Shown here: positions 1 through 13,100 of the stretch, one piece after another
How the letters are laid out: the number at the start of each line of letters is the position of its first letter
Numbering within the stretch: the first letter of the stretch is position 1
Source of the DNA: Styela clava
Lineage: Eukaryota
DNA: 64,000 nt
Assembly: GCF_964204865.1 (NCBI RefSeq)
Contig: NC_135256.1
Span: 9,734,001-9,798,000 of the forward strand
Reading direction: 5' to 3'
Notes under the pieces: model-generated
Databases searched by the model: none
Told to the model about the DNA's origin: nothing
What the model saw: only the letters and a program-made list of their open reading frames with translations
Translations under genes and position numbers: made by a program

Positions 1-848
1 GAAGATATGAAGGTGAATGGAAGAATGGAATTGAATTAAATGGAGAGTATATTTTCAGTGATGGACTACAATATGATCCAGAAGATTGGTCTTATTGTAG
101 TGAAAACAACGACAGAAGATTTTATCCGGTAAACAATCAGTACATAGAAAGAAAGATGAATAATTTCACGTCTATAGAGTTCAGTTTGGTTTAAAAACTG
201 TACGTTGCTTGTCGGTGCCATTGAGATGGCTAGTTGAAGTTGAAGTTGACAAAAACAGAAGTAGCAGAAGCTCGGAAATTGGCGATTGATTAAATATACC
301 CAATATCAACAGTAATTCAGCTAACGCTATTGACATAGAATTCGCTCTCGTAGCTTCTTATCTAGCTATATATATTCAAAAGTATGCCACAAAAATTCAC
401 AGAAAAAAAATATAGTCAGCACGGAAAAATATTGTGTGATCAATCGGTATTATCTTTGCTATTACCAGTCAACGTTCATGTGGTTACAACACTACAACCT
501 CTCTCAAATACCCAAAATTGTGAGATTCCTTCGTAACTTTTTTTACAATTTTCTCTTTTGTAGGAGCATATCAACGGACTTAAACCATCAGATCGCTGTC
601 TCATGAGTGCACAAAGTGACAGCTTATCGGGAAAACCACTTCGCTATATACCCGATGGTTGCTATGATGCCGGTGATGGAATTTACGACCCATCCAGTAG
701 AGTATTATATCAATACGGAAAAAATGAAAAGGAACCTCTTGGAGCTTTTCTACGTAATGTCACGGACGAAGAACATTATTGGATTGTATCCCATTGTAGA
801 AAAGGTTGGGATGAATTTATCGGATTTCAAAAATCAACAGAAGAATGA
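1..848 (+). CDS. MORN5: MORN repeat-containing protein 5, 5'-partial (exons <1-128 and 564-848)
   Basis: Spliced translation RYEGEWKNG...YIFSDGLQYDPEDWSYC...DRRFYP|EHINGLKP...IPDGCYDAGDGIYDP...FLRNVTDEEHYWIVSHCRKG matches the MORN5 C-terminus as I recall it (FSDGL.Y...DRRFY.E..NGLKP...YD.GDG.Y.P...FLRN..D.EH.WI...CRKG). Phase-0 GT-AG intron at 129-563. Confidence 0.9.
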
Positions 849-1077
849 TACTTTTATATTATGTTATGCAATAGTGTGGATTTACAACAAATATAGTTTC
901 TCCGTATATTTTTCACTTCGAGAATATTACAGTGTTTGATCGAGCGTTTTAAATTTTCACTCTAATAATAGAACTTTCGTAATTAGATTTGGAAGAACTT
1001 ATCTCGATCACAAAACAGTAAACTTCACTTCATATTATATATGTGCGCATCCTTGTAACGTAAGTGTCACCCTTATC

Positions 1078-1256
1078 CAGTGATGGGACTTAAATTTTTT
1101 GTCAGCCGGTTTCATCACAAAAGTCATATTTTTCAGCCGGTTCTGTTGCAAAAAGTCATTGACAGTAACCAGTAATGCTGACCGGTTCGCTGATCTCATA
1201 AAATTCCGTGAGACGGTTCTATAGAACCGGTGCGAACCGGCTGAATCAAACCACTG
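1078..1256. mobile_element. Short non-autonomous hAT-type MITE (copy 1)
   Basis: Termini CAGTGATGGGA...AACCACTG with repeated AACCGG/CCGGTT subterminal motifs; degenerate 8-bp TSD (cccttatc/cgtttatc); inverted homolog at 46896-47071. Confidence 0.75.
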
Positions 1257-1439
1257 CGTTTATCTAGAAGTACAGAAACGTTATCTCTCTGCCATTGTGT
1301 TGTGTTAGTACGCTGACCACCGGAAGCCGTATTATGCTGGTCATTCTTATCACCTTAAATTTATTTTTTATTTTTCGGCCATCGTTGAGAAAAGGAACAA
1401 TATAATATACTTCTTATGCTTTTGTATTTTGTCGTATAA

Positions 1440-4400
1440 TTATAACCCGAATATATTACAAGAAGAACAACGTTCTTCCTCAAGCGCCGATCCTGCTTTA
1501 CATTTCACTCTGAAGCTTTGTCCATTCAGAATACATTTTCGTTTTCGTATTTTTCTACATGTGAAGTTTCTGCCGTACGAACATCGTGACCAACTTCCCC
1601 AGTTTTCCCATGAACCGCACTGGTAATTACATTCACGATTTTGCTCTAAATCGTCAACGTTGCAAGGAGGGACGATACATACTCGTGAGCGGTATGTCAT
1701 AGTTCCACAAGGATTGCAATCGTCCGACCAAGGACCCCAGTTGCCAAATTTCTCCACACATTTAATATCATCATTGCATGATCTTACTTTTTCTTTATTT
1801 CCTTTGCAAGAATCTTCTGATGGGAAGCATATCCTCTCTGCTTTTTGCGTTCCGCCGACACACGTTGAGCTACATTGTCCCCACGGTGACCATTCTGACC
1901 AAATTGGACACTGTTGTGAGTTGCAAATCACTACATCCTCCAGAGACAAGGAACATTGAGAATTATCTGAACTCATACAGTTTCGGTGTCTTCGTTTCAG
2001 TCCACCACCGCAGGTTTTGGAACATTGGGACCAAAATGTCCATTGTGTGTAATAATGAGCATCCCCGGATTTTGCTTCTAGTATTTCTGATTTTGACAAG
2101 TAGCACAAATTAATATCACAACATCCCTTCATACTTCCTTTCAATGGTTTCAACCAGTAAAGAGAACTCGGGACAGCATTAGTATATGGACAGTCAGATG
2201 GACGCTGAATGGATGTAGTTTTTGGCTTGCAAGGTCGTCCACCTTGAGTCATAAATGCTGGCCCACACCATTCAAAGTCTGCACCGTTGAAAAGATTAGC
2301 TAAATTAGGAACTGGAATGCTGTGGAAATTGCCCATGTTCAAGGGATTTTCAGTATTTGATGCCAAGGTCAATATATTAGTGTTAGGAACTGGTGGGAAA
2401 ACAGGCTGAGCTTCAATATTGTTTGAAAACATGCCCAGATTGTTTATTGCACTTGAAAATATTGTTCCTAAATTACCAAAACCAATGTTTAATTCTGTTG
2501 GAATGTATTCAAAAATGTTGTCCGCTCTGGTTTTTCCTTCTTGAACGCTGAGCCACAAATGCCAATGCTGGGATGCGTTCAGGGTCTTTCCATATTCGAA
2601 CATAAGGTTGTAATATGAGTCAACAACTTGTGGATCCACCTTACATCCAGCTTTTAGACAATAGTGCATACTTTTCAATATTTCTCGTGGCCCTCTATCA
2701 CTGAATATCTGGCATCGCGGGCGACCGTGAGGCATTGTAGTAAATGGACGCTCAAGCTCGGTCTCTCCGGATTTTATAGTAACCGAATCATCTACTGGAT
2801 AGAAACAACCAAGACCGTAACGCCAGCATCCACCAATCAGTGAACAGTATTTCGGTGTGATATCTGAAAAAATAAACAACTTTATCATCTCAAATCAATT
2901 TAAGTTTAGACAAAGAAGATACGAAATTAAATAGGGATGAGGTCTGCTTACTTCGACATTATCTACACGCCAACAATCTGACTTACTTTTCCAGCCTGCC
3001 AACTTAGCTTGTCCACCGAAATGTTCTAACATGGGAATGAGGTTGCATCCATCTGGTTGAGCCATTATCTCCGATTCATATTTTGTCAGCAAACAGTGGG
3101 TATAGTATGGGTTCCAAGGCTGATTGGCCTGCAAATATTTAATTCAAATATTTTATTTCACTTTTCTTGGCTGACTCCGTGCACCTCTGTCCAAGTGACC
3201 TCATTTCGAACGATCGCGTGATAACGTTTTCGCCTGTTATTCGTTAATGATTTATCTGTTAATTCCGTGAATTTTGGATGGATAATAAAGTTGCTTGCTC
3301 ATCAAGCTATCATCAGGCCAATCGTGTGGCTTTGCAGAACACGGAATATTCTGAGAGTTTTAACCTGGCGAGCATATTATTTGTTGAACTGTAACGCTGC
3401 GTATGATTGTTCTCACGCACCGTCTCTAGTCCTGGTTCGTCATTTTATGCGTGTACCTAAGTTTTTTTGTATAATATATATAAATAAATTGAGAACCTTG
3501 CTCAGAGAAAATGGTAGGGCACCTTAAATGCGTAGTTTTACCGCCACCCAATTTACTTTTGTCTTATAATAGAAGCAGACATTATTCAGTATCTCCATGA
3601 AATCTGTTATAGAAAGAGCACACAAACTCACCCTCTGCATATAGGCTTTTGCCTCTTTTTGAAATACTCGATTTCTAATAGCAAAATGGCACACTGGAAC
3701 ACCAGGCAACATTTGTTGGACCATGTATTTCCTGAATTCGAACAACTCTTGATCGAAGTAGCATCCTGGTCTACTGAGGCAAGCAAATGCATCTTTTTCC
3801 AATTCATCGTTGCCAGACTCGCAAGGTATTCTGAAAGCAATGATTAAATTTAGTTTTACATAATGACATGCGTATAGTTTTTGTATTTGATTGCGTGAAT
3901 CAATCACTCTACCTTACCTTAGACAGAGCCTAAATTGGTCAAATTGCTTCAGAATACCGTTAAAAAGCAGATGCTCAAACCAAGCATCGACGAGATATAG
4001 GCAATAGAAGAATGGGATTCAAATAATATGTACTACTTTGTACCTGTACCTGTGCATCTATGTACCTGTTGTCACGTTTCAAGCAGATCACGCGATATAT
4101 TTCGAATTCCTTCGTAATTAATTAATTATACGCTTGTACGACTGTATCAGTTTGGTTTGAATTCCATAACTATTGTTTTCATTGATGCTACGTGTGTGAC
4201 ACGGTTGAATATTATCACAATTATCAGACTTGGAGCTTGATTGGGTTTGTATTTATCACTCATATCTTTTTTGAGTTTCATCCCGTGTGTTTGTTTTGCG
4301 TATTGTTATTTTTTTGTACAATGGTTTTGTTCAAAATAATATATAGAATATATATATATCTATCTTCGCTGATACATGTACTAGGCTAGTCACACGATGT

Positions 4401-6298
4401 GTTTGAATTGTTATATCCTCGTAGGCTTATTGCTGATTATATATTGTTACGGAAAATAAGCATGGAAATGGTAGCCTGGAGAAGCATCCATTAACTTCAA
4501 ATTAAACAATAGAGCAAAAAAATGATATACCGATTTAATATTTATAAATGGATGCGAAGTGATTCCTGCTTGTATGCTGGATCTTAGAGCATTATTAGAT
4601 GAAGATCACAATTAGATCAGAATCTAATCCAAATGTGAAGCTGGTTATGAAAACTTACTTTAATAGTATCTTACCGTACACAATATGGAACATCAACTGG
4701 AGGATCTGTAACGTAGGGTGTTGCTCTCGTAACTTCACAGCCATTGGGGAATATCGGTGTCGGCGAGGAAGCAGGTTGAATACACGGCCCACCTAAGAAA
4801 TACAGTTAAAGTTGAAAACATATAAACACAAGATTTTCAGATTAGCAGACTAGAAAAAATATTACCTCATGAAAAGTGAACTTATTTTCACTTGAAGCAA
4901 CGAAAGTTATTGTTGCAGAAGACGTGATGTGGAATATGAAATATGGCATTACATATTTCATCAAGTACCGTCAGCGTCGCAGTTTACAGCTACCATATTA
5001 AATCCAAGCTGATGTCACACCGAAATTATAAGTTGGATAGGCTATGAGCCAGAATCGGAAACATCGTTTCTCACAAAACATATGGTTTTTGAAACTTATA
5101 TGATAGGCCTACTGCATTCACATACCCATGGTCAGAAACCTTCTGGATGATATATCACTGTCCTCTGTTTCTGCTTTCGCTTTTTTCAGGAACTTGTCTT
5201 CAATACTTTTGCCCTTGTCAATTGCAGATAATTTCTCTACACATAAAAAATTAATTTGTGAAATTTTTTCGGATTTGGTAGTAAAGCATGAAACTAAAAC
5301 CATCTTAAAAATTTTCTTGCAATATCTTTCGTAGACCTCATATTGACAAAAATTTAGGGAAAAATCCAGCAAGAATATTTTTCTGTAATTATGTGCCGAT
5401 ACACACATTTTATTCAAAAAACATTTCATCGAAATTGGTAATGAATAAAATTATGTCTAAACTCACGCCCCTGTAACATACTAAGTCATATTTGGAATCT
5501 TTACTCAGCAGGAACAATACGGCTATTACTATATATAATAACTCCCTGTGATATTTAAGAATTGGTCTTCATAGTTGCTACAGCAAAAATTATCAGTTAT
5601 GATTTTGACAAAATTCAAGTGAATTGTCATCAATACCAGATTGTAAAACTTTGAAACACAAACATCAAATGCAACAAACCAGTTTATAATTCAATATTTT
5701 AATGTTAGAGCGTACCCTTAGCAATAATTTCAAAATAGCATTTTCCGTCCCATTCACAGCATTCTTTGTTATTCAAACATTCTCTTGTATCTAGGAAATC
5801 CATCCCCGATTCAATTGATTTTTTACAACGTTTTGAATTGTCTTGTAAAAAGAAAGAAAATTATTATACTACATATCATTATATTCTGCCAATAATGTTT
5901 AACAGTCATGAGTTTGACATTTCTACTTAAAATGTGGTCGCTTGATGGGCAGTTTCATTTGTACAATGCCTATTCTGAAAAGGTTTCGAATATACAGAAA
6001 AAGCAGCGTTGTCAACCATTTTCACTTATTTTATTGATTATTACAAATGTTATAAACATATGAAGAATAAAAAATGAATAAAAGTAATAGCCTTCCAGCG
6101 GCAAAGACAAGCTTTAACCACTTGGTCCATCCGTTGAAGAGAAAAGCGATTTTTTCACAACAATATAATAACAAAACGATGTGTATATACATATACCCCG
6201 TGTTGAATATAAAAAATCTCACCTGTCTTAGGACTTTTGCATATCCTTGCTTCGGATAAAACTAAAATTACCAATATTAACAAAAGTCGATAAAACAT
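1440..6298 (-). CDS. Secreted Cys-rich protein with trefoil-like modules and 4 thrombospondin type-1 repeats (paralog A, about 731 aa)
   Basis: Exons 6298-6223, 5841-5716, 5236-5126, 4792-4675, 3830-3632, 3128-2987, 2863-1440. All junctions GT-AG and frame-compatible (2196 nt). Signal peptide MFYRLLLILVILVLSEA; WxxWxxCSxTCGGG...R.R.C TSP1 motifs; colinear with the paralog at 10191-17881. Confidence 0.88.
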
Positions 6299-9200
6299 GT
6301 TGTGCCCACACGATGTCGTCGGCAATATTCCTCAAGCTAAGTCTATCGGCGTTTCACAGCCTGTCGTATAAACAGTATATATAAATGTTAAATTTGTTAA
6401 TATCAACTCAAATATGTTTACAGGAATAATATAATTGTTTTGCCCTCATATCTCTTGTTTAAGCCATATCTAATTTAATTTTCTGATGACCTCACAATAA
6501 AGCTGTTCAAGTCTTATACATATCCGAGTCCTGTCACAAAATAAATCAGTTTGTATGCGGTTGAATAACTCAAAGTCTGTCTAATTTCTTTGGTCACTGT
6601 TCTGTGTTTCTGGAAATGAATATCATTTTAGATCACGAGTTTCAAGAAAATTAAAAAAATTCAAGAATAAAGTTTTGCTTACTACATTTCTAAAATTTAA
6701 CTGAGATATTATTTTCATCAATTTTTTTTTGAATTCATGACTGTCCTGAAAACCGGATTTGCGTTTAAACTCGATCTTTTTATATTGAGAATATCTTGGG
6801 ATGGCACATATGTTGTAGAAATGATTTAGAATCATACATTTTCAGTAGTGTTGAACGGACGATACTGAGGCTACAGTTTCTATTTAATACACAATTCTAT
6901 CTCACATAGATTCAAGTGCAAGCGTTCAAAAAAATGCATGCAAATTTAGTTCCATTCCAACTTGAAAAAAAATTGAAGGAATATAGATACAAACTAATAT
7001 ACGCTCAAATCGCTAAAGTTATTTGACTGAGCCTGCATAATATTTCATTTTTTGTGAAATTAGTCGGATCTCCACCCTTGTAATAGACCCGTTTATTTTT
7101 ATTCACCGACTCGTGTTTCCTCCATGGCCACGAAGGTTTTTGGACTACACCGTCTGATTTAGTGCACTACACCAAAATTCTCATTGCTGTTATCACAGTC
7201 CTTTGCAAATACCTCATTTATACTTTGCGAGCGGACATGCGATACCGTAATTATAAATATAAAGTAAAAATAGTTCAATAAAAATATTGATAATTTATAG
7301 AATTACAATCTTATCCTAATTACTCATATACGTGGAAAATTATGTCTGTTTATGAAAAGCATTATTTTTTTTCGATAAAAATAGAAACCGAACAAGGATG
7401 TACCACATATAACTTGACCTTTCCGTGGCAAGTTTCGATATATGATATACTGTGACGTAGTAATGAAAAGGATATTTGACCTTCGACGTTTATGGTTTTA
7501 ATATCGGCTGTAAAGTTGGTTAATGAGATGGTTACTCATGAGTCATTACAGAACTAAATTTAGTATGATTCATTGATTTTATAAACATTTTTACATTCAA
7601 AAACTGAGCTTGATCCTAAACCAATTGTAGCCTACATCACACAACTGTGTGTGCTGATATACAAACAAACGCTTTTTTTGCCAGCGAAATAGGCCTATAA
7701 GACGTCGTTTAGTAGTTATACAAATATCTTTCATAATATGAAGTAAAGCATCTCGTTCAGTATAGATTATGATATTTGTAGACGTGATATAGATCTGAGT
7801 GTCCATCCTTTTCTCCTCCACTTATTCCAGAATAAACTTTTTAAAGTATCGAACGAATATAGATGAGAGAGCCAAAAATGTTCTGGATAATTTGATGTAT
7901 TTCATATGCAATACATATATACAAAAACATATTATAAAAAATATGAATGGTAGTGCTCTCATTGATGTATCTTGTGTAGTGGTGGTGGGCCAATTGAAAC
8001 TGCGGAAATCTCAGACTCATGGCTCCTCCATTACCTCCACAATAATATAGTATTTTACTATAACACGAGGCACTATGATATTATTAATAATGTTTACCGA
8101 TTTTCCAAAATTTATTACGCTACATATGAAACTACACAGACTAGACACATGAGAATACACAGGCAACTGATGTACATGGCATGCTGCTTTTTGAGCGCGG
8201 AAAATGTCACGTGTTCGTGTTGGTGGTTGATTGACTTTGAAAACGTCAGTACCAATATATAATACATTATTTGAATAATGAGTTTAATAACCTATTTTTT
8301 TTTTGTTCATGGGAAATTTACCTCTTCATGAAGCATTACGAAAACAACTGAGTAAAACGTGAAAATTAAACGCACGATTATCCCGGCCCGAAATTGCCTC
8401 CGGCAATATCAATCATGATATCGTCATGATGATGACTGAAATATAAACGGTAAGTACCCAATAAAAAGTGGAAAAATCTTGTTTTACTGCGTTCTTCTTT
8501 TTAGTAACACTGTAACAAATCAACAAATAATTGTCAGCATTTATTTTGAATTTTCCAAGCCAAAAAAATTTTGCCGAAAACAGATCATATAGGTAAGATA
8601 TACAGTATTAGGATGTGTAAAAACAACCAATGAATTATACGCTATGGATGACATGGTCTGATGATTGGAATGTTGATCTTGCGAATGGTATAATACTCCT
8701 ATTTTCTACCTTCTCTGATTTATTTATTGGTATTAAAAATTGTGTAATATTATTAGTAATACTAAACAATTATCACATTATTATCATGTCGCCGTTTGAC
8801 TTTAAGCAAGCTTTGCAATAGAAATATGATTGAATTTTGTTTATGTTCTAAGCACTTATGAATTTGTCTGAAATTCACAATCCAAATTAATGAAATATTT
8901 GTTATTTCACTATTTTCAACGGTCGATGAAGGCCAGCAGCATTCCTACTATGGTGACGCAGAAATCTCGATGACTATTTCTCTTTCGGTAGCTATTCCTG
9001 ATCGACGGTCATGACACGACGGAATTTTGTACGTCATTCCTTATTTTTTCCTAGTTTTTTTCAATAATTTGTTGGATGCTTGCACAAAAAATATAAATAA
9101 AATTTGTTCGGACAGGTTTTTGTTTGTTTGATCGTTTTGTCTGTTTTAAAATGATGTTTTCACCTTCAAAAAGAAAGCCCATTAATCCTATTGAGAGTAC

Positions 9201-10190
9201 GACCATGTAAAAATTACCTAATGGGGATTTTCAACACCTAGCCCAAGTGGCTGAGATAGGTATTCAGGAAGGCAAAGAAGCGATAACGAAAAAATGAAAA
9301 TTAATGTAGCATTGTCATATGCTTTCGTATTTTAACCTATATCCCGAGGGCTGGATTTGTTTAGCTTGACTAATTTCATAAGTTGTTTCTGATGATGTTA
9401 CAACAGCAATATGCGTAGCCTAAAACACAACAGATTGTAGTTTAGTGATAGTACCGGAAAGTTAAATGAATTGGGAAACACTGGGCTACGGTCCCTCCCT
9501 AGAAATAACAAAAGCTTACGTGGATAGTGACCGTGGCATCACAGTCAGAAATGGTTTATGGCATTGGGTTAAATAAACTAATTTATTGAAAACGAGTAGG
9601 TACAGTGGCAGCTCTTTTTAATGTGTGAACTATGCGTTTGGCAGTTCCTTTTCAGAGTTCAGGTGTTACTCGGTTGTTTCTCACCTCTGCGAGATACCAA
9701 CGACCACTCGGAATTGACAAAGTTTCGGGACAAGAATTCGCAAACTTCTAATTTTTGTAAGGTTGTAATAAATTGTAAGGTTGAGCTATGCGTTGTATTA
9801 GGGTATTAAATGGAACGCTATACAAAACTAAAAAATATCATTGAGTAGCAAACAATAGTTTGGAAGTCAAAATTTAACAAACTAAGAAGAGAGAAAATAT
9901 ACCTCGACAAATTACCAACAATCTTTGAAGTTGGTTTTGTGTTGCCGGTGTCCACGATTAAGGATGTTGAGTGCAGCTCATGATTTGTCCAGGAGTGTAC
10001 TACATTGAGTAAATAAATCTCAATGGTAATAATAATTCCATTTTTACTCCCCCAACTTTAAATTATAAGCTATTGTTATTTCGTTTTCAATTCATGAAAC
10101 ATGCTACTCGTACTCAACGTTCGCAACACAGAAACACTGACTATATGATTTTTTCTTCAGGTCGTAATAGTAAAATTTTATATATATACT

Positions 10191-13100
10191 ATGCAACTAT
10201 TAATTTTGCTTCAATTAACCATTTATTTCGCACTCGTTCTATCAATACGACCTCGGCAATGTCCAAAAGGATTGAATGGTAAGTATGAACGTAGGGAATT
10301 TAGAATATATAGGACGCTATTTTTTGGTCGTATAATACTATATACCATACATGCGATTCGAGAAAAAATGTATGTACGTGCTCCATAATCAAGTACACCA
10401 TACGCAGATAGAATTTGATAAGAAAAATTGCTTTTGTAAGTTGTAATGGGAAGAAAATACTTTTGTTAACACCATAGCCCTGCAATGGAGTGTCTCTACA
10501 AAAAATTGAATAACGGTTATCCGAAACGCACTTGACACAAAGTGACTATACAACGATCATATATAGTCCGGCAGAATCGGACCTTAACTTATTTTGGGAC
10601 ATAAATTTTTTTTTATTGTTTAGATATAATGTATATGACATATATAATGATACCCAGGTGGGTGTGGAGTATATAATGTTGAGCAATTTTTTTTAAGTGG
10701 ATTTAAAGTATTCGGTCCAATATGACGCACATCCTGAACCATAATCTGGTAAACATACAATGTTCAGGTTGTGCGCCATCTTGGTACGAATACCTCAGGA
10801 GCGCCTTTTTGTAAAAACAATTATTTCATAACTACATGGTTTAGTTTTGCATACATAGTAACATTGAATCTCCTTACAATGTCAGAAATTCAATTTTAGT
10901 AGAATAAATGGTAGTTTATTTGACTAATACAAGCCAAGATCCATCGACAGCATCTAGCCACTTTCTATTGCGCTCTTCAAACTACATTTGCGTTGCCGCG
11001 CGCATTTCGTTTTCCTAGTTTAAGCTTAGGGACTTGGGAAATATTTTATTAATTGAATTGGATTGGAATATTTGACTTCGTCTTTCTCTCCGAACAATGC
11101 CATGTAAAACCATCCACTGGTATCTAAAGATGTGTAACGTGTTTTCTTTTGGAAGAACCGCAACCTTTCAGTGCTGCATTGACTTTGGCAAAATTAATAT
11201 ATCCTTGTAGAGATAGAAGGTGTGCGTATGCGAAACCGAGATGTGCACCTGTTATGCCAACATAGTTGAGTCAAACGTTTTGAATACTAGTACATCACAC
11301 ACATTTTCCTGCGTGCTTCGGTTGTACGTATTAACGCGCACATTTTTGCGCACATGCATCAAATTCCACTTGATTATTGAGCTATAGGTTTTTGACGAGC
11401 TTTTGTGTATGATTTCATTCCATAGAATTTGTATGCTGTTCTAAAGAATACTAGCTTCAGCTTTTTATTCATTCAAACCGCGTGTTGAAAGTAAGTTTTG
11501 TAATATTGCGTGTTGGTTTCCAACATCGGTGATGCCAGTAAATCTTTAATAAAAAAAGATCAGAAACATCTGCAATAAAAACAGCAGTACCCACTCAAAT
11601 GACAGCTGGGGGATGGATACTCTTAGTATCTGCTCCATCGCGTGCCTCTTACAGTCTTACCAGTTTACATGAGTGCCAATTGGTATCTAAACTCACCCAT
11701 AGACAAAAAGTTTCGGACTGCAGTTGGCGTGACGAAATGTTTTTAAATATATATTCTACAATAAGATTATTTGATTGCATACTACTGAAAGTTCTGCCTT
11801 ATATGTCTTTTCCCATTGCACTATTCCTTTACCGATATTCGATAATATGACGCTCATCTGACATAGTTCTTAAAGTGTGTAGATGGGTATAATCTTTTCC
11901 ACGCTTTTCAGATGGGAATGCGCGAATATATATAAGAATTGCTGATATTGGTTTGCAATGCGATGAAATCCCATCTTGGCATTTCTGCCTCTCGCAATTG
12001 CTGCGTATACTTATCGGGGAAGTTCTGAGGCGTGGTTATTCAATGAAAAAAAGAACATGGGAGTATTTTTTCTACTTCTCTACTACTATTTTGTGAAAAC
12101 TTTTTTCCATGCAACCTTTTTTTAAAACATCCCCAACAACCACAATTAATTCTGTTATTAAACTTCCGAAACAAACACATAAAATCATCAACAGATGCAT
12201 ATCACCAAGTAGATATTGCTGAATTGATCTTTATTTTCCCATTTTTCATGTAATTCTTTTTGGTAAACCTGTTATCTATCGTAAATACAGCACATTTGAC
12301 AATGTTGTAGTGTGACCTTTTTTGGCCTCACATTTTTGATATTTGTAGTTAGAGCTCTTGGGCCTCTGTCAAACAAAGTTACATACAAAACATTGGTTGT
12401 AAATTGCAAAACATGATCATGTTGTTGGAATAACTTGGCATTTTACCACCCGTATATCATTCATTGTTGAAAATATTAACAAAATCAGAAAATTTAAAAA
12501 TCCGTTTTCGTGAAATTTTTGTTGTAGCTGAATTCCAGGGACAGCATGATAACAGGCAAGAGAAGCACGGTCGCCTCTTTTAGTTTATGACATGGTTTCT
12601 TAAAAGGGGACCCCGTCCTCCTTGGAGGCCACTGATCGGTTATCTGGGAGCACGAACAAACAGATGGAAATGCGAATATATAATAACAATGTATTTTTAT
12701 AGAAGAGAAGAAGTAAAAGTGTTGAGAGTCTTTGGTAGTTTGAAAAGCATTGGCATGGAACATAAGAATGAACTAAATTTCTTCTCAGGGATATACTATG
12801 AAATGTAGCAATTTTCTTGTTCTCGTGATATCATTATCTTTCACTGCGTCGTCGTGATCATCCCGCTGCATAACAATTCTCGCTAACAAATAGTTGACTG
12901 TTCTCCACCGGGTGTATATCCACTTGAACCACTGGCGACTGCATTAGCAGGCTTGTATTGTTAATTGCAACAAAAACGGGTATTTTGAAATAGTACTCTT
13001 TATTTTACGCGTATGTTTCGACAGTATTTCCATATACTGTATATGGGTCGCGACCCAAAGATTGGCTCAACAAATACCTAAAAGGTATTGATTTTATTTT

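Noticed and set aside
2895-2986. ORF-track extension SKSDCWRVDNVE and donor at 2951
   Set aside because: That donor gives the wrong phase. The gtaagt donor at 2986 is in frame and matches the paralog's intron position.
3918-4020. Apparent extra minus-strand exon ending ...FRLCLR|gtaag in paralog A
   Set aside because: No good acceptor before an in-frame stop, and exon 4792-4675 already supplies the PYCVR segment homologous to paralog B and splices in frame to 3830.
8655-8722. Possible C/D box snoRNA (TGATGA...CTGA)
   Set aside because: No terminal stem, no recognisable rRNA antisense element, and no evident host intron.
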